Below, piece by piece: positions 52,213 to 61,423 of a stretch of DNA of 64,000 nt. Source of the stretch: Rubripirellula sp. (GTDB lineage Bacteria > Planctomycetota > Planctomycetia > Pirellulales > Pirellulaceae); the NCBI GenBank assembly GCA_965216875.1, contig OZ244207.1, forward strand, positions 1,920,001-1,984,000, read 5' to 3'. Both the position numbers and the translations under genes were made by a program. Within the stretch, counting starts at the first letter, position 1; each line of letters opens with the position of its first letter. Under the pieces are notes generated by a model, which worked only from the letters and a program-made list of their open reading frames with translations, made no database searches and was not told the origin of the DNA.

Positions 52213-53109
52213 ATGGCAAAAGTACTTCTTGTCGAAGATAGCCCCACCCAGGCTGTGGAAATTCGCATGTTGTTGGAAGAGGGGGCGCACGAGGTCAGGC
52301 ATGTTGCCAACGGGAAAGTGGCCTTGGCGACGCTCGCCGAAGAAATGCTTGACTTGGTTGTCACCGACCTGGAAATGCCCGAAGTCAACGGGCTGCAATT
52401 GGTCGAGGCGATGCGGCTTGACTACCCGCATATCCCCGCCGTGCTGGTGACCGCACGTGGCAGCGAGGATCTTGCCAGTGAGGCGCTTCAAAAAGGAGCG
52501 GCTGGGTATGTTCCCAAGAACCACCTGCAATCTCTGCTCAACGACACGATCACCGATGTGCTAGGAGTCATACGCACCGACGCCAGTTTCGCGAAACTGA
52601 TTTCGATGCTCAAGAAGAACGTCTTCGTTTTCGACATGCCCAACGATGCCGATCTTATTTCGCCACTGGTCGGACTGTTGATGCAAGTCGTTTCCGGGAT
52701 GGAACTGTTGGGTGGAACCGACATGGTACGTCTTGGTGTTGCAGTCGAACACGCGCTGATGAACGCAATGTACCGTGGCAACCTGGAACTCGGTCCTTCG
52801 GTCACGCCAGCGCACCGGGCAATCATTTACGACGATGCCACCAGTGACTTGATCGAACGCCGGAAAACCCAGTCGCCATATATGGAACGATCGGTCCATG
52901 TTGAAGCGATCGCGTCGGCGGATGAGATTCGCATCTTGGTCCGGGACCAGGGCAAGGGCTTCGATTTGAACAAAGTCCCGGACGCCGTCACCGCCGATTC
53001 GCTCGATTCCGAATCGGGTCGGGGCCTGCTGTTGATGAAGAGTTTCAGCGATGAGCTGATCTTCAACGATCAAGGTAACGAAGTGACCATCATCAAAAAG
53101 GTGCGCTGA
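52213..53109 (+). CDS. Response regulator with C-terminal RsbW-like HATPase domain
   Basis: LLVEDS, VTDLEMP, NAMYRGN, RDQGKGFD, GRGLLLM. Confidence 0.9.
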   Translation: MAKVLLVEDSPTQAVEIRMLLEEGAHEVRHVANGKVALATLAEEMLDLVVTDLEMPEVNGLQLVEAMRLDYPHIPAVLVTARGSEDLASEALQKGAAGYVPKNHLQSLLNDTITDVLGVIRTDASFAKLISMLKKNVFVFDMPNDADLISPLVGLLMQVVSGMELLGGTDMVRLGVAVEHALMNAMYRGNLELGPSVTPAHRAIIYDDATSDLIERRKTQSPYMERSVHVEAIASADEIRILVRDQGKGFDLNKVPDAVTADSLDSESGRGLLLMKSFSDELIFNDQGNEVTIIKKVR

Positions 53110-53132
53110 GCGAAGGCGCAATTCAGACCGAC

Positions 53133-53467
53133 AAGAGCCCGTAGCTACGCTCGCCAGAGCGTGGTCCATCGGATCGCGTCGATGGACAGTCCCACCGTCT
53201 GGCGACGGTAGCTACGTTGGGAGTTCAAGAGCCCGTAGCTACGCTCGCCAGAGCGCGGTTTTGTTGCTGGCATCGTCCGCGTATGCCCCACCGTCTGGCG
53301 ACGGTAGCTACGTTGGAGTTCGATAGCTCGTAGCTACGCTCGCCAGAGCGTGGTCCATCGGATCGCGTCGATGGACAGTCCCACCGTCTGGCGACGGTAG
53401 CTACGTTGGAGTTCAATAGCTCGTAGCTACGCTCGTCAGAGCGTGGTTCTGTTGCTGGCATCGTCCT
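53133..53467. repeat. BIME-like array of 7 alternating family-B GTAG REPs
   Basis: Forward copies at 53141, 53235, 53330, 53423; reverse copies ending 53215, 53311, 53404; internal linkers alternate A-B-A-B. Confidence 0.9.
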
Positions 53468-53571
53468 GCAAAACCGGCCTGGATGTCCAAAACGGCTCGC
53501 TGCGTTAGGATACGTGCTGCGGCCAAACCACGCCGCAGCCACGGTTCTTCCCAAATAAGGACATTTACGGA

Positions 53572-55611
53572 ATGCGGCTCCTTCCCCTCTTTCTATTGGC
53601 AGTGATCGCTGTCACCTCTGGATCGGCAGCCTTTGCACAAGACTCAGCCGAAACCTCCACCAAGATTTCCGGAATCGACCAGTCGCTGTTTAGTGAGTCC
53701 GTCGACCCTGGTGACAACTTTTACACCTACGCCAACCAGAAATGGCTCGATGCCACCGAGATCCCATCGGACAAATCGAATTATGGCGTTTTCAATATGC
53801 TCGCCGATTCGGCGCGCGAAAGTGTGAGGGAACTGATCGAGACGGCCGCCAACCAAGAGAGCGAGCCCGATTCGGCTGCCCAAAAAGTGGGTGACCTCTA
53901 TGAGTCGGTCCTGAATGTGGACGGGCGAAATGAAGCGGGCATTTCTCCGATCCGAAGCCTTTTGATCGTCATCAACAACGTGACCTCTCGCCGAACTGCC
54001 GCTGCCGCGATGGGGACGTTGCAACGTAGCGGAGTCTACGGCCCGCTAGACGGATCCGTCGGCATCGATACCAAGAAGAGTGACCAATACGCAATCTATC
54101 TGACTCAAGGTGGCTTGACGCTTCCCGATCGCGACTACTACCTCGAAGACGACGAGCGGTATGTCAAGTTGCGTGGCGAATTGAAAGCGTACATTGCCGA
54201 CATGCTTGGGGAACTTGGCGTTGATGACCCAGCGGGTGCGGCCGAAGCGATCTTCAATATTGAATCGCAACTCGCCCAGTCGCAGTGGACCAAGACCAAG
54301 AATCGAGATCCCAACGCGACTTACAACCTGCACACGGTTGACGAGATCACCGAGCGTCTGGACGGATTCGACTGGGCGGCCTTCTCTGACACGACGGGCT
54401 ATTCGGGTAATGAGTCGTTCATCGTCAAACAGCCCTCCTTTGCGGGTGACTTTGCCAAACTCTTTGCATCCGTTGATGTCGAAACCTGGAAAAACTACAT
54501 GCGGTTTCGTGTCATCGACGCCTATGCTTCGAGCTTGTCCGAATCACTCGAGCAAAAACACTTTGCCTTCCACAGCACGGCGATCTCTGGCATCAGCGAG
54601 CAAAAGGAACTTTGGAAACGCGGCGTCGATGTTACCGGTAGCGTTCTGGGCGAACTCGTCGGACAACTTTACGTCGAAAAGAACTTCAAGCCAGCTGCCA
54701 AAGCGCGGATGCTCGAATTGGTCGAGAACCTCAAAAAAGCGTTCGCTGCTCGCATCAAGACACGCGAGTGGATGGGAGAAGGGACCAAAAAAGAGGCGCT
54801 CAAAAAGCTTGAGCTGTTCACAGCCAAGATTGCCTATCCCGACAAGTGGAAAGACTATTCCAATCTCCGCATCGAATCGGATTTGCCGTCGGTCAACCTT
54901 ATCGCCGCTGCTGAATTCGAATACTCACGTGACCTCGCTAAGTTGGGCGGTCCGATCGATCGCACCGAATGGTTGATGACGCCGCAAACGGTCAACGCCT
55001 ACTACTACCCGCCAATGAACGAGATCGTGTTTCCGGCGGCGATTTTGCAGCCACCCTTTTTCAACATCGCTGCGGACGACGCAGTCAACTACGGCGGCAT
55101 CGGTGCCGTGATCGGTCACGAACTCAGTCACGGATTCGACGACAAAGGAAGCCAATACGATGGCAAGGGGAATCTTCGCAAATGGTGGACGGAAGAAGAC
55201 CGGGCCGAGTTTGAGAGTCGGTCCAAGGCGCTCGTCGAACAATACAACCTATTCGAACCACTCGAAGGCAGCTTCGTAAACGGTGAATTCACACTCGGGG
55301 AAAACATTGGTGACCTCGGCGGACTCAATGTTGCCTACGAAGCCTACAAGATCTCGCTTGGTGGCGAACCAGCGCCTGTGATTGATGGTTTGACCGGTGA
55401 CCAACGCTTTTTCTTGAATTGGTCCCAAATCTGGCGCAGGTTGTACCGGAAATCGGAAATGCTCAAGCGTTTGGTTGATGACCCGCACAGCCCAAGTGAG
55501 TTTCGCGTCAACGGCATCGTGCGAAACATGGACGCTTGGTACGAAGCGTTCGGAATTAAGCCGAGCAGCAAGTTGTTCCTTCCGCCAGATCAGCGTGTGC
55601 GAATCTGGTAA
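53572..55611 (+). CDS. M13 family metallopeptidase (PepO/neprilysin-like), secreted
   Basis: VNAYY, HELSHGFDD, GENIGD, DPHSP. Confidence 0.96.
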   Translation: MRLLPLFLLAVIAVTSGSAAFAQDSAETSTKISGIDQSLFSESVDPGDNFYTYANQKWLDATEIPSDKSNYGVFNMLADSARESVRELIETAANQESEPDSAAQKVGDLYESVLNVDGRNEAGISPIRSLLIVINNVTSRRTAAAAMGTLQRSGVYGPLDGSVGIDTKKSDQYAIYLTQGGLTLPDRDYYLEDDERYVKLRGELKAYIADMLGELGVDDPAGAAEAIFNIESQLAQSQWTKTKNRDPNATYNLHTVDEITERLDGFDWAAFSDTTGYSGNESFIVKQPSFAGDFAKLFASVDVETWKNYMRFRVIDAYASSLSESLEQKHFAFHSTAISGISEQKELWKRGVDVTGSVLGELVGQLYVEKNFKPAAKARMLELVENLKKAFAARIKTREWMGEGTKKEALKKLELFTAKIAYPDKWKDYSNLRIESDLPSVNLIAAAEFEYSRDLAKLGGPIDRTEWLMTPQTVNAYYYPPMNEIVFPAAILQPPFFNIAADDAVNYGGIGAVIGHELSHGFDDKGSQYDGKGNLRKWWTEEDRAEFESRSKALVEQYNLFEPLEGSFVNGEFTLGENIGDLGGLNVAYEAYKISLGGEPAPVIDGLTGDQRFFLNWSQIWRRLYRKSEMLKRLVDDPHSPSEFRVNGIVRNMDAWYEAFGIKPSSKLFLPPDQRVRIW

Positions 55612-55634
55612 CCGAGGTCGATGGGGAAGCGAAG

Positions 55635-57053
55635 ATGATTGAAACCAAAAAGGCAACGGACGTTCGCGTTCGAGATGTTTCGCTGCACTACTTGCCAGTC
55701 GAAATGCGAATGCCCTTGAAGTTTGGCAAAGAGTCGGTCAAGTCAGTGACCTGTGCTCGAGTTGCTGTGACGGTCGAGGATCAATCGGGTCGCAGTGCAA
55801 CTGGTTGGGGCGAGACGCCGTTGTCAGTCACTTGGGCATGGCCATCGGCGACGCTCTCGTACGCTCAGCGCTACGAAGCAATGACCCAGTTCTGCCATTG
55901 GCTTGCCGAAGCCTGGGCCAATTCACAAGCATCGGGGCATCCGATCGAGATTGGCCACTTCGTGATCAACGAATCGCTGCCGAAGATGCTCGACCAATTC
56001 AATGCTGACCGCGGCGAGGATGGCATTCCGCATCTAGCCGCGTTGATCGTGTTGAGCGCTTTTGACATTGCGACGCACGACGCCTACGGAAATCTTCATG
56101 ACGTCGACATCTACGAAACTTACAACTCCGAGTACATGAACCTGGATCTGGATAGCTTCCTGACTCCAGCCGAGCACACCGACATATGCTTCAAGGGGAA
56201 GTATCCGGCCGACTACATGGTCGCCCACGCTCCCACCGAGATGCCCGTTTGGCACCTCGTTGGCGGGCTTGATCCACTCGATGATCGCGACATCACGGGG
56301 GATGTTCCGGATGATGACTACCCGGTCACGCTCCGAGACTGGATCGATCGGGACGGACTCAAATGTTTGAAGATCAAACTCCGAGGCAACGATGAAGTCT
56401 GGGATTACCACCGCTTGATCGAGATTGGGAAGATGTCGATCGAAACCGGAGTCACTTCTCTGTCAGCCGACTTCAATTGCACGGTGACCGACCCGCAATA
56501 CGTCAACGGCATCCTTGATCGTGTCATCACCGAACACCCTGCGATCTCGGAATTGGTCCTCTACGTCGAACAGCCGTTTCCTTACGACTTGGAAAAGAAC
56601 CAAATCGACGTAAGCAGTGTCTCGGCGCGCAAACCGCTGTTCCTGGACGAGAGTGCTCATGATTGGCGTTTTGTCGCGCTGGGGCGAAAGCTTGGTTGGA
56701 GCGGTGTCGCGCTGAAGACTTGCAAGACACAGACCGGGGCATTGCTGAGTATGTGTTGGGCCAAAGCGCACGGCATGCCATTGATGGTTCAAGACCTTAC
56801 CAATCCGATGCTCGCGCAAATCCCGCACGTTCGTCTGGCCGCTCACGCCGGCACGATCATGGGGGTCGAGTCGAATGGGATGCAATTCTATCCCGCGGCT
56901 TCGGCGCCCGAAGAACAGGTGCATCCGGGGATTTATTGTCGGCGAAACGGAGTGCTCGACCTGTCGACGCTTCATGGACCGGGATTCGGTTATCGCGTCG
57001 GCGAAATGGTTCGCGAACTCCCCCATGGTGAAGCATTCCATCGCGCCCCGTAG
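55635..57053 (+). CDS. Mandelate racemase/muconate lactonizing (enolase superfamily) enzyme
   Basis: GWGE, KIKL, ADFN, YVEQP, LDES. Confidence 0.88.
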   Translation: MIETKKATDVRVRDVSLHYLPVEMRMPLKFGKESVKSVTCARVAVTVEDQSGRSATGWGETPLSVTWAWPSATLSYAQRYEAMTQFCHWLAEAWANSQASGHPIEIGHFVINESLPKMLDQFNADRGEDGIPHLAALIVLSAFDIATHDAYGNLHDVDIYETYNSEYMNLDLDSFLTPAEHTDICFKGKYPADYMVAHAPTEMPVWHLVGGLDPLDDRDITGDVPDDDYPVTLRDWIDRDGLKCLKIKLRGNDEVWDYHRLIEIGKMSIETGVTSLSADFNCTVTDPQYVNGILDRVITEHPAISELVLYVEQPFPYDLEKNQIDVSSVSARKPLFLDESAHDWRFVALGRKLGWSGVALKTCKTQTGALLSMCWAKAHGMPLMVQDLTNPMLAQIPHVRLAAHAGTIMGVESNGMQFYPAASAPEEQVHPGIYCRRNGVLDLSTLHGPGFGYRVGEMVRELPHGEAFHRAP

Positions 57054-57108
57054 GTGTGGCGAGGATTTATGCACCCGTAGCAACGCTCGCCAGAATGCCG
57101 AGCTTCAA

Positions 57109-57178
57109 CATCGTCGCCTTTCGCTCCGCGAAAGTTGCGCCCGAAAACGCTACTTTCGCGGAGCGAAAGGCGACGATG
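57109..57178. repeat. Perfect 27-bp inverted repeat between convergent genes (REP-like, possible bidirectional terminator)
   Basis: catcgtcgcctttcgctccgcgaaagt / actttcgcggagcgaaaggcgacgatg. Confidence 0.85.
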
Positions 57179-57215
57179 GTTTTTGTGGCGTCGACAGAGA
57201 ATGCTCGCGTCATTT

Positions 57216-58124
57216 CTATTTGGCGTGCAAAAACATCCCGCACGAAGCTTGGACGTCGAATCCGACCCTCGGAATGACGCGAACGCGTGAGTTGGGGAGT
57301 CGACGGCGATAGACCTCGGCGCAACGTTCGATCACCGATTCGTTCGGTTCGCGTCCGTGTCGTACAGGATCAAGCGGGTTGTAACGCACGATGTTGATGT
57401 GCACCATCAATTTGCGGTTTTCAATCTCGTCGCAGATCGCGTGCACATCTTCGATGCGATCATTCTCACCTTCGATGAACGCGTAGTGAAGCTTGCAGAT
57501 CTTGTAGGTCGCGCGCTGATAGCTGGCCAACCGGTCCAACGCGTCACCATAGTGCATTGCCTTGGGAAGCCACTTGCGTCGAAATGCGTTTTCAACGCTG
57601 TAGATCGAATAATAGATCTCGGGGTGGTAGGTGAGGAAGATGTCCTCGAGCCTTCGATCACCGAGTGTTTTGGGCATAATCGTCGAAACGAGGTAGCGCG
57701 GGCGCACATTAAGGTGTTTGGCGCGCGCCGCGAGTCCGCCCAGAATCTCATCGGCGGAATCCAAAACGACTCGGCTTGCGAGTGCCTCGCCGCGTGCCAT
57801 GAAATTGAAGTGGACCGATTCCGCAGTTGGCGTCTCGGTTGCGTAGTAGTCAAGCACCACGTCTGCTTGATGCAGTAATTCGGTAACGCTCACATCGCGG
57901 GTTTGCGTCTGTTTGCTCGCGGTCAGGTGACACATTCGGCAACCGCGGTCACACCCAGTTTGCGAGGAAAGGTAAACTACGAAATAATCCTCGCGTCGGC
58001 GAACGTACCGCGCTTCGATACTGCCAACGTCGGCTGCAAACTCCCAATTGACTGAGGCGTCTTGTTCGCTGACAAAACGGCGTGCGTCTTCCAAGTCGGC
58101 CATCGAATCCGAAACGTGCGTCAT
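57216..58124 (-). CDS. Atypical RlmN/Cfr-family radical SAM protein
   Basis: YLSSQTGCDRGCRMC, NFMARGEAL, IEGEND, NIVRYNP, GFDVQASCGMF; SD ggaga upstream of 58124. Confidence 0.88.
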   Translation of the reverse strand: MTHVSDSMADLEDARRFVSEQDASVNWEFAADVGSIEARYVRRREDYFVVYLSSQTGCDRGCRMCHLTASKQTQTRDVSVTELLHQADVVLDYYATETPTAESVHFNFMARGEALASRVVLDSADEILGGLAARAKHLNVRPRYLVSTIMPKTLGDRRLEDIFLTYHPEIYYSIYSVENAFRRKWLPKAMHYGDALDRLASYQRATYKICKLHYAFIEGENDRIEDVHAICDEIENRKLMVHINIVRYNPLDPVRHGREPNESVIERCAEVYRRRLPNSRVRVIPRVGFDVQASCGMFLHAK

Positions 58125-58162
58125 CCCAATCTCCCAATGCGAAACACTTGTCACAAGATAGT

Positions 58163-58966
58163 GTGGTGCGACTAAAACGACAAACTGTCAGCGACTCGGT
58201 TCGGCATCAAGTGCTTGAGGGGGCGCTTGCGCGATTGGTGCAGGTGCAGACGAGCCATCCTTACGTCTTGCGGGGTGGCATGTTGTTGCGGCACTGGTTC
58301 ACCACGGTCGAGCGTCCCTCGACCGATATCGATTTGGTTTCACTCGACGAATTCGACGTCCAACGTGCGACGGAGGCACTCACGCCGTTGCTGCATGTGG
58401 ACCGGATCGATGACGGTGTTCAATTCGACACCGAGCGATGGCGAGTGCAACCGATTTGGATGGATACCGATTTTCCTGGGATCAGAATGATCGCATTGGC
58501 CACAGTCGACGCCCAACAGGTTGCATTCAGCGTTGACATTACGTTCGGTGAATCGCTGGTGCCGGAGCCGATGTTCGAGAAGCTTGAATCAGCCGCTGCG
58601 GGCCCGATCGAAATCCTGGCTTGTCGGCCCGAAGCGATCTTGGCTCGCAAACTGCAAGCGTTGAGCGATATGGCACTGCAACATTGGCGACCCAAAGACC
58701 TCAACGACATTTGGCATTTGCTTGAGTCGCGGCAACTTGATCGCCGTGACGTCGTCGATGCCATCCATTATTCATTCAACAGTCGAGGGTCGAGTGCCGG
58801 CGCCGCCCGCGATATGTTTGGGGAAGACTCTTGGTGGAAAACCCAGACCGCGAAGGCGCGATGGCGTGACTTTTGTGTTGCCAACCGGCATTGCGCCGGC
58901 ACCGCGTTGTCGCAAATCGTATCGGATGTCGCCCAGCAACTTGTGCCAGTACTAGGACAACTTTGA
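58163..58966 (+). CDS. AbiEii/AbiGii-family nucleotidyltransferase
   Basis: LRGG...RPSTDIDL, VDITFGE, EAILARK, RPKDLND; start uncertain. Confidence 0.85.
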   Translation: MVRLKRQTVSDSVRHQVLEGALARLVQVQTSHPYVLRGGMLLRHWFTTVERPSTDIDLVSLDEFDVQRATEALTPLLHVDRIDDGVQFDTERWRVQPIWMDTDFPGIRMIALATVDAQQVAFSVDITFGESLVPEPMFEKLESAAAGPIEILACRPEAILARKLQALSDMALQHWRPKDLNDIWHLLESRQLDRRDVVDAIHYSFNSRGSSAGAARDMFGEDSWWKTQTAKARWRDFCVANRHCAGTALSQIVSDVAQQLVPVLGQL

Positions 58967-60447
58967 TGCCATCTGCAGAGCAACAGGCTTTGGTCGCCGC
59001 CATCAATGAACAGCCAGACGACGATACGCCGCGTCTGATTTATGCCGACTGGCTCGAGGAATCTGGCGACCTTAATCGGGCTGAGTTCATTCGCGTTCAG
59101 ATCGCAATTGCCAAGCTTGAACACTGGGATTCGGAGTTTCTGCCGCTGTACGTGCGCGAAAAGACGCTCACGAAGAAGTGTGGCAAGCAGTGGCGAAGCG
59201 AGCTGCCAATCATTCCAGGTGTCGAGTGGGGAAGCTTTCGTCGGGGCATGATGGCGACAGCCACGATCATTGAGTCAGCGACGCTTTCAACCAAGGCAGA
59301 CCAAGCTCGCGAGCACGCGCCTCTGGAAGCACTCACCATCGGTTGGCCCGATTCTCGGCGCAGTTTTGATGATCCCGCTCCGATTCCTGGAATTCGTGAA
59401 CTGCATATTCACGAGGCACCCTACCTCGGACCTGAAGACATCTCGATGCTCGCCTGGTCGCCGATTCTTGGTGGCATCGAAACACTTGCGATTGGAGATT
59501 CGAATTTAGGTTCGGATGGCGTGCGACGGTTGCTCGAGGGCACCGGGCTCGCGTTCCTCAAAAGGTTGCGACTGTTCAACAACGCGATTGGCAATGAAGG
59601 ACTCGATGCGATTTTGGGAGCGTTTGCCGGTTTGGAGGAGCTTGATTTGTCGGAACCGGACAGCTACGGGCGGTACGAAGAGGATCCTGCAATCAACGCC
59701 GATGGTATGCGTGCACTCGCCGACTGGCCGCAAATGAAATCGCTCCGCCGTCTTGCGATTTCCGGGAATGCGATCGGGTCGGAGGGGCTTTACGCGCTCG
59801 TTCAATCGGAACACCTGGGGAACCTCAAAGAACTGGTCGCTCGCAACACCGACCTGTCGGGTTCGTCAATGGAAGCCTTTACGCGCGCAAACCGAGACAT
59901 CAAGTTCGAGTTCATCGATGTCGGCGAGAACTACATCACTGACGTCGGAGCTCAATTCATCTCGCTCGGGGAAAGCCTCGACCAGCTCAAGGGGCTTCGC
60001 GTTGATCGGTGCGAAATTGATCGTATTGGGGGACTGGCTTTGGCCGATTCCGCAATGGTCCACTCGCTCACCAAGCTCGATTGCAACGACAACTTGCTCG
60101 GGGACGAGCCCGTTGTAGCACTCATCGAACGAGACCCTGCTCAGCTGAGCACCTTGCAACTTGCAAACAACGGGTTGGGCAGAGCAGCGGTCGAAGCGAT
60201 TGTAAAGAGTGACTGTGGCGCGCGACTGCAGGCACTCGACCTCCGCGGCAACCGACTTGTCGACGATGACGTAACGCCCATATTCGAGGCGGGGGCGCTG
60301 CCAGGGCTGCTTGCAATGCGACTCGGTTCGAACCGAATGAACCATCCCGAAAAGATCGTCGAGACCGATCTCGGAAAACGACTTCTCGACGCGGCCGACT
60401 ACGACCCGGCATCTGCTGTCCCCTTTTTCGCTCCCTATGACCTATGA
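58966..60447 (+). CDS. TIGR02996 domain + RI-like leucine-rich repeat protein
   Basis: PDDDTPRLIYADWLEE.GD..RAEFIRVQ, FRRGM, then ~28-aa LRRs (LxLxxNxIGxxG); TGATG overlap with upstream gene. Confidence 0.92.
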   Translation: MPSAEQQALVAAINEQPDDDTPRLIYADWLEESGDLNRAEFIRVQIAIAKLEHWDSEFLPLYVREKTLTKKCGKQWRSELPIIPGVEWGSFRRGMMATATIIESATLSTKADQAREHAPLEALTIGWPDSRRSFDDPAPIPGIRELHIHEAPYLGPEDISMLAWSPILGGIETLAIGDSNLGSDGVRRLLEGTGLAFLKRLRLFNNAIGNEGLDAILGAFAGLEELDLSEPDSYGRYEEDPAINADGMRALADWPQMKSLRRLAISGNAIGSEGLYALVQSEHLGNLKELVARNTDLSGSSMEAFTRANRDIKFEFIDVGENYITDVGAQFISLGESLDQLKGLRVDRCEIDRIGGLALADSAMVHSLTKLDCNDNLLGDEPVVALIERDPAQLSTLQLANNGLGRAAVEAIVKSDCGARLQALDLRGNRLVDDDVTPIFEAGALPGLLAMRLGSNRMNHPEKIVETDLGKRLLDAADYDPASAVPFFAPYDL

Positions 60448-60472
60448 ACCGCTTGCTTGGTCAAGCTAGTTG

Positions 60473-61285
60473 ATGACTGACCGCGCCTACTTAAACCATC
60501 GCGTCGCGTTTGCCGTTGGGACGGGGCGATGCGGGACGACCCTGCTTTGCGAACTCTTGCGACAAGAGCCATCAGTCGCGTCGTCGCATGAGCGCGCTCG
60601 ACTGCGCACGAACTTTCATATGTTCTGCAAATGGCACGGGATCGAAGTCGATCCCGAGGGATTCTTGCGGGCGAGACAACGCGAAATTGAAAGCGACTTT
60701 GAATCGCATCAGCACTCGTTTGAAAGTAGCGCTCTACTGTCGCACTCGATCGACGAGCTTGCCGATCGGTTTGCGGCAAAGTTTATCTGGCTCGTGCGCC
60801 ATCCGGCAGCGACTGTTGCGTCGTTTGCGGCGCGGGGGTGGTTCCGAGAAATTCAGTCACGGAGCAACCCACATTTGCCGCCTACCTACGAAGGACGCGA
60901 TGGCGAAAAGGCGCGTCACTTTTTTGGACGCATCATTCCCAATGGCGATGAATTCACCACGTTCGAGAAGATGACGCCGATTGGGCGCATCGCATGGTTC
61001 TGGCAAGCAAGGAACCGCGCGATTTCAGAGCAACTTCAGCGGCTTCCGCGATCGCAGTGGAAGCTGCAGAGAATCGAAGATCTCGATTTCCAAGCGTACC
61101 GCGAACTTACAGAGTTCATCGGATTCACTCCGAGTCTCAGCGAAGCGACGTTTGAGCAACTGGCATCCGCCAAAATCAATACAGGGCCCGAGCCAACAAC
61201 GGTTGATGCATGGAGCGAACAGGAAAAGGCGGAGTTCGAAGGGCAAGTCGCGGCGATGTCCGAGACACTGGCCTACAGTCTGTAA
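60473..61285 (+). CDS. Sulfotransferase family protein
   Basis: GTGRCGTT (5'-PSB loop); LVRHPAATVAS (3'-PB motif). Confidence 0.8.
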   Translation: MTDRAYLNHRVAFAVGTGRCGTTLLCELLRQEPSVASSHERARLRTNFHMFCKWHGIEVDPEGFLRARQREIESDFESHQHSFESSALLSHSIDELADRFAAKFIWLVRHPAATVASFAARGWFREIQSRSNPHLPPTYEGRDGEKARHFFGRIIPNGDEFTTFEKMTPIGRIAWFWQARNRAISEQLQRLPRSQWKLQRIEDLDFQAYRELTEFIGFTPSLSEATFEQLASAKINTGPEPTTVDAWSEQEKAEFEGQVAAMSETLAYSL

Positions 61286-61297
61286 TGTCGTCGAACC

Positions 61298-61418
61298 GTA
61301 GGGTGTGTGCTTGCACGCACCAAGACACTCAGGTGAAGGCCGCGGAGCGGCGAAGAGTGTGTTCCCACGGGGACCGTGGGAACAAGGTTGATGTAGGGTG
61401 TGTGCTTGCACGCACCAA
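61298..61418. repeat. Two direct family-C REP arms flanking a gttcccacgg/ccgtgggaac hairpin
   Basis: gtagggtgtgtgcttgcacgcaccaa at 61298 and 61393. Confidence 0.8.
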
Positions 61419-61423
61419 CTCGG

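Noticed and set aside
53133..53467. CRISPR array
   Set aside because: Repeats alternate in orientation and linkers are reused, which is REP/BIME architecture
53225..53554. 109-aa minus-strand ORF
   Set aside because: Translation of the REP array (repeated NVATVARRW)
57216..58124. Calling this the housekeeping rlmN or resistance gene cfr
   Set aside because: Lacks the resolving Cys, MGMGEP and most of the N-terminal domain, so no gene symbol was assigned
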